Positions 24,901 to 38,112 of a DNA stretch of 64,000 nucleotides are shown piece after piece. The DNA comes from Trichosphaerium sp. ATCC 40318 (Eukaryota > Protista > Tubulinea), in the NCBI GenBank assembly GCA_038496445.1, contig JALMLS010000071.1, positions 94,181-158,180 of the forward strand. Direction: 5' to 3'. Below the pieces are notes generated by a model that saw nothing but the letters and a program-made list of their open reading frames with translations, did no database searches and had not been told where the DNA came from. The first letter of the stretch is position 1, and every line of letters starts with the position of its first letter. The position numbers and the translations under genes are program-made.

Positions 24901-26775
24901 ATACCATTGATAGCTATAATACCCAAAGCCTCACTAGCAGCTACCTTTAATTGCGTTTAGTATGGATCAATTGTAAAAAAAAAATATATTGTCGTTCAAA
25001 TTTATACTTATGCCGTACTTGAACTTCAGGGTGATCACTGTTGTTCCGTACAATATCACAAAGCATCTCAGCTATCTTTTTTTCTTCAAAATATTCCCAA
25101 TCATCAATACCATACGTCTTAACAGTCTTACCTACAAGCAACAAAAACGTAAGTTCATCACCTACACGGAAAAAAACAAAGCATTGTAACTGCATGTGTC
25201 TATCACGTGTGGCTATAAACACTTACGCATTATCTGATAGAATATTGTACTAAGAGTAGAGAGCGCGAATTGAAGCTCTTTACCACCTCCATAACGAATT
25301 TTATTCAAGATTGTATCCAACACATTTTGCTGTAAAGGTCGCTTCAAAATGACCGATAGTCTCAACCCAAGATCAGCGAATGGATCTTGACCCAATTGAG
25401 ATATATAATCAAATGTGCATAAGTGCGATACACACCTAGATCCCTTTCCTAGAACAAGCCTAAATGATGAATTAGCGCACTTCAGAAAAAAAGTTTCACG
25501 ACTTAAAAAAAAACATCTAAAAAAACGCACTTTGCTGTTGGTGCATCGACACCACCTGGAATTATATTTCTCATAAATACACCAGCATCATCTGCAATCT
25601 CAGTAGTTTGCATAGAATCGTATGTGCCAAGAGCCATTCTACATAGGAGGCCAGATTTTGCTTTCCACAAGATTTTTCCCTTTATTCCTAAACAAAAATT
25701 AGAAGCTCGGTTCCAGTTGTTTTTTGCGTACTTGAGTGTAGAATGGTCGTTTCACCATGTGTTACCCATCCTGCTATTATTAGTGGTTTATCAATATGAA
25801 CATCATTTATGAATAGAGAGTCAGATAAGAGAATGACATCCCAAGGTTTAGCAGCACTTACAGAAAAAATTAGAAATTTTTTTCTGGACATGGTAAAAAC
25901 TTCAATACGCACTCAATAGCATCCTGCATCAATAAATATTTTCTTTTCGTACGCTTGGGTGTACCTTCTTCTTCATGTGGCTCTAAAGTATCATGGCTTT
26001 TACAAACAAAGGAAAACGAAGTCTACAAAATGTAAGCGAAGGTAAACAATAAAAAAATATTAATTCAATAAAAAAAGAATTCAGCATCCGTACGATTGCG
26101 CGGTACAAAAACTTCCCAGTGAGCTCAGGTATTAAACCATGATACCCTTGACCTGTAGGATCAGCCTTAATTACTTTAATAAAGTTTATCATGAGTGTTT
26201 CAAGAGCAAATGGTTTATCTTTCGGAGAAATAATTTTTTTTTTTCCTGCGTCATCTTCTTCTTTTTTCGAAGCCAGTTCTTCTTGTTCTTTGTCGAATTC
26301 TGCCACGTTTTTTTGAATGCTTTTAACGTATTGTTGGTAAACAGGCTGCCTTTTAAGCGCGTTAGAGTTTTTTAACGTCTGCAATTAGAATTAAAGTGTT
26401 TTATAACGGTTTTGCGGCCATTCGAAGTTTCTAGCCAAAAATACAAATGAATTTCATTGATTTCAGGAGAATAAGCTTTCAGCTGTTGTGTGGAGTACTT
26501 AAATCACGCTGTAACGCGAAATAGCTAATGTATTGTTTTATGTAAACGAAGAACTTACCAGACGTCTCTGTCGCTATCACCGACTTCCTTCCATAGCATG
26601 CAAACGCGTAATGAGTTACATAAGCTGACGCCATCCAAACATGTTAAAATTTGCACCTACAATATACTTATTATGATGGGGATGCCACTGGGCATACTAA
26701 AAGCTCCAAAGGAAAGTAATCAAATGGACTGGAGTCTGAGTCATCTACAGGCTCTTCTGCGTCCATCAAATCCAT
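21911..26775 (-). CDS. F-box protein with beta-helix-cap-like motif, ARM-like helical region and C-terminal SPRY domain
   Basis: FDYFPLELL|VQILTCLDGVSLCNSLRVCMLWKEV F-box; MQDAIE..AKPWDVILL..IDKPLIIAG; SPRY GRWYYEVEI, MQIGW, GVGDDEYGWGIDLGR, WNKGDIIQCYVDLD, FNFGRKPFKFSPPEGY; charged tail. Start may lie further upstream. Confidence 0.8.
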
Positions 26776-27183
26776 GCTCCTCTTATATTCGGTCAGCTTG
26801 GTTGTCTTTACAGAAATGAATTCGCTTGACAAAAACTTTTGTAAATGGCGCCTAATTTATCCCTCGCAACGTGGTAAATGTACGTCACTTCGTCTAGGTC
26901 GTAACGTAGAGTGGAAAGGATTGTTGAACAGTTAGCTGTTTGTATATTACAGTATGTATTGCATGCTGGACGTTTAGTGACCAACTAAAGCGAAAAGTTA
27001 AACCACTTTTGGGTTAGATGGCTTTTTTACGTTCAAACAGCTGCTTAGCTTGTAAATTGCGCGTGAACAAAAGGTAAAACAATAAAAAAACTTCAATTCC
27101 AAAGAGAGCTTACAACATCTTGAAAGAGAGTTTGAAAAAAACGCGAAAAAATGGTCTCTTGGAGACTACTGTCACTTCCAACT

Positions 27184-28988
<1,805 letters not shown>

Positions 28989-29735
28989 TTTGATTTCTGG
29001 CTTTTCTCGTTTTACAGACAAAACGACTTCATGCAGACTTGTTGTTGACTATTTCTACCCTAAAATTTTTCCTTTTTTTGTTTCGTTCACTTTAATGGAG
29101 CAGCACGAGAGATTCTTCAAGCTAAACGTTCTAGCACTGGAATCTGCATCATTGTTATTGTTTTAACCACTCAGAATACTACTCGTTAACAGAAATACTA
29201 TTTAGTAGTAAAAATCACGTGGAAGTTGATACGTACACTATTCCTAATACGTCGAAGCAAACAGATGCACACTTGTGAATGCAATTGCGGTACTTTAATA
29301 TTTTTCATCTTATTATGTTCAGCGAGGAACCGTCTATACTTCCATGTGGTTATCTTACAGGAACCAAAACATTACCGATAAGGTTTCCACACAAGTAAAT
29401 AGCTACCACAGACCTGTATGAGCGTGTTTAAATACGTATTATTCGTTTTTGAGTACTTAAATTAGATTTAGTGAGTGTATCGACAATACAACCAGAAAAA
29501 GAAGTTCTCGATTAGTTGCACGTTTTTTGAACCAAAACTTCGCTGCTACGGTTTTCACACTTGTAACTAGCTTGCACAAGCCTTTAAGAACGTTTTGAAA
29601 TGTGCATTATCCATATTTGAGTAATTAAAATAGAAATTTCAGTGAAGTAACCTTCTAGAAGCTTCTATTAATACCACAATTTATTTCTGATTAGTTTTTA
29701 TGGGTATAAAAAGAAACGAAAATATTGAGTAAATT

Positions 29736-30054
29736 GTAGTAGTTGCAGTGTGTGCACCACGCGTGGGGCTTCCTAGCCATTTGGTCGAAAACAATTTAAG
29801 GGAGTCCTCCGTCTAGCTTAGTGGGTGTATGCATTGCGAGGTGGATCCGCGAAAAGTTCCATCTTAATCCGACGTAGTGTGAAAGCTTGAATCGTTACAT
29901 TAGCCAGCATGTCCTCGTAAGTAGCACGTAATTAACTTAGGAACTCGGTCTGGGCCAAGAAAATTATAAGGTCCAATACAGAGGTGAGTTCTGCCGTTAG
30001 GGAAAAGCTCTATATAAACTATGATTAGGTACTGCATAGCAGCCTATGATCGTT
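29736..30054 (+). ncRNA. Second, 3'-deleted copy of the putative structured RNA
   Basis: About 6 substitutions versus copy 1 by eye; TATAAAA 29705-29711; 3' strand of the terminal stem lost by deletion. Confidence 0.4.
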
Positions 30055-30362
30055 CTTTTTGATACTTGGCTTTCATCAGGTTTTGCACTATAAACTTGTT
30101 TACAAAAGATTACAAAACAACATCAAAACAGCGTAGTATGGTAAGAAGTCTGCGATAGTTACACTTTAGGCAACAGAAATTGACTGATGTGATTGAATTA
30201 GAATTCCCGTCTTCTTTAACGCACCATTGTTCTTCCCTGTCTTTCAAATTCAGAGACTGCTGCGTGTCGCCAAATGTACGAGGGTAAGGTAGTCAAGTTG
30301 TATACTATTTATTATGTCTTTCGTGTCATGAGTGCATTGATTGATTTAATCAACTTTCCGCC

Positions 30363-30632
30363 TTACATTCGTATCTGAAGGAATAATATAGAACCATCTT
30401 CTACTTTATAATGCGCTAAAGTCTTGCTATCCTCTAGTTCCTTCTCAGCAAAGATAATTCTTTGTAGGTTATTTGGAATACCTACAAATGTATTAATTTA
30501 CTTGATTAGAGTGTTTAATCTTGTTTTTGCACCTTCTTTGAAGTCGATTTTTACTTTTACGTTTTCAATAGTGTCACTTGGCTCCAGTTCAATTATTATC
30601 TCCCCTGTTATTGATTTTATTGTTATCTTCAT
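30363..30632 (-). CDS. Divergent ubiquitin-like protein, about 72 aa, stop codon immediately before GGC GGA (possibly a pseudogene)
   Basis: [34 protein letters not shown]|[38 protein letters not shown]; same intron as the 15414 gene. Confidence 0.7.
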
Positions 30633-30673
30633 TGGTGGCGTTCTTTGTTGATTCTACTTAAAACTAAACTTAA

Positions 30674-30995
30674 GGGCAGTTATCCCAATCAGTGAAGGCT
30701 ATTTGGCCTAATTACCATTCTGTTAACAGTAATTTAAACACAAAAACAGCCTTAGATCCTAATCAGTGAACGCTATTTGGCCTAATTACTGTTACAATAA
30801 TGTCTCAACAGTGGTCCTCTAATTTAATTAAATGCACTCGGGAGTCCCATTCTTTTTATCAAAATATGCTGATTTTTTATTTTTGCTGGATTTATGCTTA
30901 GCGGCCACCTAATTTTTCAAATAAAAACTTACTGGTGGATTGTTACTCCAGAGCCAATTTCTTATCCCACCATGTTGGTTAGAGTGAAAATAACC
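30674..30995. mobile_element. 322-nt insertion with internal ~30-nt direct repeats (possible DNA-transposon end)
   Basis: Absent from the paralogous site near 20725; begins TTAA|GGGCAG; AATCAGTGAA.GCTATTTGGCCTAATTAC occurs twice; no convincing TIR pair. Confidence 0.3.
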
Positions 30996-31215
30996 TTGAT
31001 TGTAAAAATCACTGAGATGAGTGTCAATCATTTCAGCCGGTGTTTGAATTCGTGAGACCGAAGCTCAACCTTGAAATTCATATCTTTACTGAATGTAATT
31101 TGCACAACTGCGCTTTGGTGTTTTATGTACAAATATACACGACATCAGCGCGCTATTGATAGTCACTAAGACGTTGTCTTTCCTCCAAACAATCACGTTT
31201 AGCCTGTCGTAACAG

Positions 31216-31967
31216 TTATTCTAGCATTCTGTTCACAGGTTTCGGTGGTGTAATGCTGTGGCTAATGCACTGTTGTTGCACAAATAGGACACTATCGGCT
31301 AATATGTTAACAAAGTTACTTAAAAAGGAAGTACACTCATTTATATTATTGTTGTTTTTAGTACATCGTTTATATACAGCGTGCTCATGTAATTCACCAT
31401 TAAAATCCCAGCTCTTTTGCTCTCCGTGGCGCTTACCTTTTTTAAAAGTACATTGCTGACACCATTTACCATTAGAGTGCCATCTCTTGTACTGTCCTTC
31501 AAGCTCACCATTGACATAATACCGCAAGCTTGCTAGTTGACCGTTATCATACCACTCCTTGCATTCTCCCTCTTGTTTTCCATCAACAAAAGTTCTTTGT
31601 AATCCCAGTTTCCCGTTCAAGTAGACTCTCCATGACGTTGACCATGTTTCCAATATCCTCTCTCTATGATTTTTAGTTTTGAGATTACATAAGGTGGTAT
31701 AGCTCTGGTTACTCTTCTTGTTTTCAGCCACATGCCGTGTTTGTTAAGATCAGAATCAAATCTTGTTCTTGCTGTGTGCTTGGATAAGAGTGCCCACGTG
31801 ATATAAACTTGAACATCTAGCTCTGTGATAATAAGGTGTAGCTCCACTGGAAGGTGTAGTAGGTGGCAAGATTGCTCTGCTTCCGAAATTATGCCCTATG
31901 CTTGGTTTAAGTACATCATTTGGCATAAACTAATTACTTCAGGTGTTGTTGATTGTCGTGCGCCCAT
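31216..31967 (-). pseudogene. F-box-like/MORN-variant gene, copy D (inverted twin of C; 10-nt deletion near 31618)
   Basis: About 19508-20880 matches the reverse complement of about 30531-32102; MGARQSTTPE exon 1; frameshift joins ORFs 31617-31847 and 31216-31731. Confidence 0.8.
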
Positions 31968-32398
31968 TTTAAATACTATTTAATACTTGTGAGTATAGCG
32001 ATGACCTAATTAGGGTACAACAGGCTATACGAGTTTGTATGTACGTCTTAATCCTTAATGATACAATAAATACCAGTATTAAGTAACATAACAAAACACG
32101 TGAGAACTTAAGGTATTTTTACATTGAAAGAAAATGAATTTTTAGGTACAATTTTTGATACCCACCAACGCTACGAAGAACAAACTATATACTCTGCCCT
32201 TCTGATTTTTCCTATTTTAGTGCCTCCGATAGCATAGAAAGGTTAATGCCCTATTGATTTGCAACTACTTGGTTAAGTATAAAATTGACATAAATGTTGT
32301 CTCGTATTGTATTACATGGCCAAGCTTGTAAGGCCACCGATAATAGTAACAATGAATTTATTTTGAATTGACACAAATGAATACAATTCTTTGTGGCT

Positions 32399-33268
32399 TT
32401 ATACAACAAACTGCTTACATAGAACTCCATTTTGGTCCCAATACTTTTGTTCACCTTTTAGTTTGTCATTTACAAACATACACTCTGTCTTACGTTGCCC
32501 ATTCTTATGCCAAGACTTATGCTTACCATGAACTTTGCCATCTTTATATGTACTCTGTGTGAACAATTGTCCATTCTCCGCATACCATTGCACGAACTCA
32601 CCTTCCTCTTTACCATCAACAACCATACATTGTACAATTAATTGGCCATTATCATGCCACTGTTTGAACTCACCAGTCTGTTTACCATTGACAAACGTAC
32701 AAGCAATCTGAAGACTTCCATTTTTATGCCACTGAACAGCCTTTCCTTGTTTTTTGTCATCAACAAAAAAATAGTCTAGTTCAAGCTGTCCATTGTCATA
32801 CCACTGCTGGTACTTTCCGTTTTTCTCACCAATAGAGTAAGTAGTTTTTATATAGAGTTGCCCGTTTTCATGCCATTTGGTATACAGTCCCGTCTTTTTA
32901 CCATCAACCATAGTGTACCGAGTTTTTAACTTCCCGTTATCGTGCCACGACAACCAAGTACCTTTTTTTTCAAGTGAAGCGTTGTAGTGTGTATTCATTG
33001 CAGCTCTTTTTGATAAATTATGAAACTTGTTAAATACTTCAGCGTCAAAAGTGCATAAATACCATTGAATATCACGTGGTATGTCTAATAGACAGATTTT
33101 GCTACGAATAGTATTCGATGGCAATTTTTTTGGTATTGATGGCTCTAAAACAGTACATGTTAAGACTACTGCAATGAAAACTACTCTTAGGCCAGTTTAT
33201 TTATTCGACAATATGGAATGACAAAAACTTTGTTGAGGTATCCTGCCGCTTTACGTACCTTGAGACAT
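32399..33268 (-). CDS. F-box-like/MORN-variant repeat protein, copy E (intact)
   Basis: Exon 1 33268-33259 (MSQ), intron 33258-33145; ICLLDIPRDIQWYLCTFD...LSKRAAMNTHY; seven full ~24-aa repeats plus a partial one. Confidence 0.82.
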
Positions 33269-33392
33269 AGCATAAAGTGAAAGCGCCACGTATAGGTTAG
33301 TATAGGGACGCTATTGTGAGGTTTACCACTTAAATGCGAGTCACGTGATATTTAAGTTATACACAATGGAAAATTCTCATTATTTTCTTACG

Positions 33393-33546
33393 CTACATAG
33401 TTTGTAGGACCTTGGAAGGGTCTCACGCTTCGGGACCAAAAAGGCCAAGCGAAGAGATAGGTTCGGCTACACTGTTGTTGTTTGTAGGAGCCAGTGGACG
33501 ATACGAATCGTACATTACATTACTCACAGGTTGACAATACCTTTTT
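33393..33546 (+). ncRNA. Putative ~155-nt multi-hairpin small RNA ending in oligo(T)
   Basis: Six consecutive hairpins with plus-strand G-U pairs; T5 at 33542-33546; intergenic between divergent genes. Confidence 0.35.
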
Positions 33547-33736
33547 AGACGCTTCTTTAAACAAGCAACAAGTGTGCTTATTTTTTATTGGTTCAGATCA
33601 AACAGCGACATTAATAAAGTTCACGTACAGCAGCAAAATGTAAAGTTTGTTGAGCTTTATTGACTTTGTATACACCCATTACTGCCTTTATTCGCCTTGC
33701 ATATCCCTTGTTAACTTGTTATACGTCTAACAACCA

Positions 33737-35231
33737 ATGTCGTACCCACCTAACAGAAATCAAAGTTATGCGCCTCAAGGGCAGCAGTATCCTCCACAAC
33801 AAGCTCAAAGCTATGCCCAGCGCCCTAATAGTCAATATCCACCACGACAGCAATATGGGCAAGCACAACCGCCTAATTACGCGCAAGGGCGCTCATATCA
33901 GGCACCACAACACACTCCTAGTCACAATCAACAACAACAATATAATGCGCCAAGCCACGCTCAAAGCGCACCTGTACAACGTGGAGGCTGGGCACGTACA
34001 AACGCTGATGCGTTATAACTGTTTTACACAATTCCGTTTCTAAACGTTAAGAAATCTCGTCAAAACCTGCTTACACCGCGTTAGGTAAGCGAATATTACA
34101 ATCAAGTACCGCCACAACAATTACAAGCTTTAAGAGCATGGTACGAGTTAAAACAAACGATAAACGTACTCCCCGCGTTTTATTATGAGCGAATTAAATA
34201 TTTAACGCCCTATTCTGCAGCTCGTAACTTTTTGGGAAGAAAAGCGTGTCAAAACGTGTTTTAAACACGTTAACATCTTGAAGACTTGGTTTTAAGTATT
34301 TATATAGGTTTCAGAGGGTTGACAGAGACAATAGTGGCACAGTAGAGCCGCATGAATTGCAGCACGTGTCATTTGAAGGTGTACCACTTGGCCTACCTGC
34401 AGCAACAAAAATAGTTAAAGTTTTTGATAAAGATCGTAATGGTACGTTGTTTGTAGGCTATAATTACATTTGTCTTTCGTTGTAACGATAGTAATCAACT
34501 GGTTAATTTCATAACATACAAGAAAGTTGAAAATGTTGTGGTTATAACGTGTTGCTTCGTTTTTTTTTTAAAATTTTCTGAAACAAAAATACGTGACCTA
34601 TTTTTGTTAGCTTCCTTTTTTGAGATTCACGTGTTTTGGGTTAAAAAGTAACCAACCGCTGACAATGTGTCTTTTTTAGGAGCTATTGATTTATACGAAT
34701 ATGTCGCAATGCACCAATTTATTTCTCGTATGCGGTAAGAATTACTTGAACTTCTTTTTTTGTTTGTTTTTCTTTTCACAACCTTGCTGTTTCAATAAAC
34801 CGAAATAGTAACACTGATTTAGGAATGCCTTCTTAAAAGCTGATTCAGATAGATCAGGAAGACTTGAAGCACGTGAGATACAAGGAGCGCTGTCACAGGT
34901 ATTTTAAAATTTTTTTCCGTTTGGTTAATTGTTCTTAATGTTAACCTATTCAAAGGCTGGCTTTGGGTTCGTTGAGTATGCCACTACTTCAGAATTACTA
35001 CATAAATTTGATCAGACAAGGAGAGGATTGTCTTGGGTTGAGTTCTTGATGGTACAGTTTACAAATTCATATTGTTTACATTTTTTTAGTATTAGCTCTG
35101 ACTTCTCATTTTAGCTTGCTGGGCACATTGCTCATGCTCGTTCTATGTTTGAATATAATGATCATAACAGAAGCGGTCAAATAACTATTAATATAAACCA
35201 GTTTGTACAGCTAATGTCTTATCTCACATAG
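33737..35231 (+). CDS. Penta-EF-hand (peflin/ALG-2-like) protein with Q/P/Y-rich N-terminus
   Basis: YPPQQAQSY-rich N-terminus; WFQRVDRDNSGTVEPHEL, FDKDRNGAIDLYEY, ADSDRSGRLEAREI, DHNRSGQITINI. Confidence 0.9.
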
Positions 35232-35844
35232 CCAAAGAAACAAAAAGAATTGCATTGTATAATTATTAAAGCAAAAATTAAAAACTATCCAAATTCGCTT
35301 GTGATTCAGTACTTTAGAACTGTGCTTACCAAACTTTCTCTTCACCAATGCGCTGTTTGCACCAATTATACTCGGGTAAAAGCAGCGTATCATGTGCAAA
35401 GTTTGCCACAAGTTGTGATCTCTAAGTACAATAGTTATCCACTGTCGCTTGTCACACTTGCCAGTGGGTTGAAAGATCATCAGCACTATGAAGCGCTGTG
35501 CTTCGATTTCTAAAGACCCTTACTATACAAGACCACTAAGTGCATGGTAGTTAACCCTTCTTAAAAACGCACAAACAATTTTTCTTCTTCAATTACAAAT
35601 GTACACTCACACGAGGCACCTATCCTAGTACATCCCACATTAATACAATATAAGTAATTATAGTTCGTTTAATCACCAGTATTTACCAAGGCTTTCTTCC
35701 AAGTTTGATAGATTTACTTCGCTAAAACCTAAACTTTCAAATAACCAATTTCTTTACGTGTAAGTTACGAAAAATACTAGAAGTTCTTTGAAGCCACGTA
35801 TAAGGGTAAACACAAGTTACCATAATTATAACCCTCACACAATA

Positions 35845-37709
35845 ATGGCAACAACGCGAAAAGATCAGCCGTTTGACTACTACCTCATTTTAGATTACGG
35901 TTCGTTGATTTCAGCATGTTTTTTAGTGCTAAGACGCGTCTAATGCACATTTAGAAGCGACTTGTGACGATAAAACTAAATTATTGCCACAAGAGATAAT
36001 AGAGCTTCCTACAGTACCTCTCAACGCAAAGACACTCGAATTTGAGCCTGTATTTCAACAATACATAAAACCAGTCGTACGGCCTTTTAAATACAATCAA
36101 ACTAGTACAATAAGAACTACATATATCCCACGCGTCTAATTCATGGTTTCTAACGAGTTTCTCTCACAGGCGAATCCAAAATTAACACCTTTTTGTACCC
36201 AACTTACTGGAATACAACAAGATTGGGTTGACGCCGGTTTACCCTTTCAAGAAGCTCAAGAAGCTCATATAAAATGGCTAACTGAAAAAGGATACTTGGC
36301 TGAAGATAAAAACGTTTGTTTCGTAACATGTGGCGACTGGTAAGTTGTGTAACGTGCATATTAACGCAAAAAAGTTGAGTTTTAATTTTTTGTTTAAGGG
36401 ATTTGGGTAAAATGCTTCCAGCACAAACAAGAGTACTCGGTATTGATAGACATCCTATATTCCTTAGATGGATTAATATAAAACACGCATTCTCTAAGCA
36501 CTATGGTGTTAACGTTAAAGGAATGACAGGAATGTTAAATCACTTAAAGCTTAAATTAGAAGGAAGGTGTGTACTAAAAAAGCTTCGATATTGCGTCTCA
36601 GTGGCCGAATATTTTTATGACTTTGTAATAGACACCACTCAGGCATAGATGATTGCAGAAATATTGCACGAATAGCTAAAAAAATGATCGAGGAAGGAGC
36701 TATATTGAACATAACAGCAACGTACTATTTTTCTACAAAATAACATCACTATGTTTTCACACTTGAGAGTTGACTTTTGCTTTATAGATCGAAAGATGCT
36801 CGATTTCAAGTAAAGCAAGCTTCTCCATTGAATTTTGTGAATGTAAGTACCGTATTTAGGCTTTCATGAATTCATCGCCTCTAGCGTTACACTTACTAAT
36901 GCAGATCGTTCGTTTTCCTGTCTTATACCTTTTTTTTTCCGTCGCTAATGTTGTATTGTATAGATTGGTGCAGGAAAGCTTGTCATGATGCACTCCCCTC
37001 CAAAAAAGTGTTTTATTAGTTACAAAGCGGACCAAGGTTTAAATCACGTTGTTTCTCTTGTCACTGACACAGAAGGAAAACGAGGCACGCCCAGAAATTT
37101 GCGATAAAAACAAGCAATAAAACTAATTGCTTTATAGTGTATGAAGAAAGTTTTAGACAATCTATGATATCATTTACGTCATTGCCTTCTAATTTAAAAG
37201 ATTTAACGCCTAAAGAAGATTCGTATAAATCAGACTTTAAAAAAGGTAACAATAAGCAAACATCTCATAGTTTTATTTTTCAGAGAGAAAAAAACGTGCA
37301 ACAAAATTTCATCATCCTTTTTTTTTTGTCTGTAGAATTGCTAAAATACATTCTATTACAAGTACATTAATAATCTCAATTTTTGTTTGGTTGAGCGACG
37401 TTGTTTTTTTCGTTGTTTGCTATATGATGTGATAATATAGAACATCTTTTTCCTGTTTTTTTCCTTTTTGTTAACGATTTTATTTTAGCTGTTTTGGCTG
37501 TTAGAGATATGCTGAATGATGGTAAACACGTTATGATATTCTGCACTAGTGGTATGCACAGATCTGGAATGTTTACTTTCGGTGTATTGACATCACTTGG
37601 TTACTCCGATGAAGATGCTATGAGCGTTATAGATAAAGCAAGAAAATCAGCTGTAAAGCATATAACGACGGATATTAAAGACTGGGTCGTTAAAGCACTT
37701 GAAGAATAA
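35845..37709 (+). CDS. ERI1/ERI3-type DEDDh 3'-5' exoribonuclease, predicted to be spliced to a C-terminal CX5R (PTP/DSP-fold) phosphatase domain
   Basis: ILDYEATC, EIIELP, LTPFCTQLTGIQQ, VTCGDWD, HHSGIDDCRNI; phase-2 intron 36722-36787 skips TAA 36741 into HVVSL...VMIFCTSGMHRSG. Confidence 0.75.
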
Positions 37710-38112
37710 AATTGTTACCAAGTTAATTCAATCACGTTGCACAAGGTGTTAAGCACTATTAAGAAAATAACAAAAAGTACAAAGTATTGTTAAGTTATTT
37801 TTGCAACTAGAATTGTTTTTCTCACAACAACAATCTCAGTAATAACAACTAAACGCATCACATCTGATGATATTAATATTACAACAGGCTCAGCAGACGT
37901 GTTTCCATTACATGTTGAGATACTGTTTAGCATTATCATTAGAAACGACTTCTCAAACAAATTTAGTATCGTTACAATCAAATATGATATGAAATAGCTA
38001 GATTACGTTTATCGACACTTGTACTGTCAAAATGGGCTAAAATGCGCAAGATATTGAAACATTGATCATGCGACTATTGAACGAAATTTCAAAGACAGAC
38101 TTTTAATATTTA

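Noticed and set aside
30053-30085. T5 as a Pol III terminator, or a variable guide (Fanzor omega-RNA-like) after the structured RNA
   Set aside because: This stretch matches the inverse of 17891-17923, so it is a deletion junction; no TnpB/Fanzor ORF is present.
30357-30365. Stop-codon reassignment (TAA read as sense before GG)
   Set aside because: TAA, TAG and TGA all terminate conserved genes here (kinase, PEF protein, GH3).
33371-33391. U12 snRNA-like GTAAGAAAATAATGA, also near 60766
   Set aside because: The rest of the U12 sequence and structure is missing; more likely a shared repeat fragment.
33512-33528. Exact 17-nt match to intron sequence at 62997-63013
   Set aside because: Low-complexity and AT-rich; about one such match is expected by chance in a window of this size.
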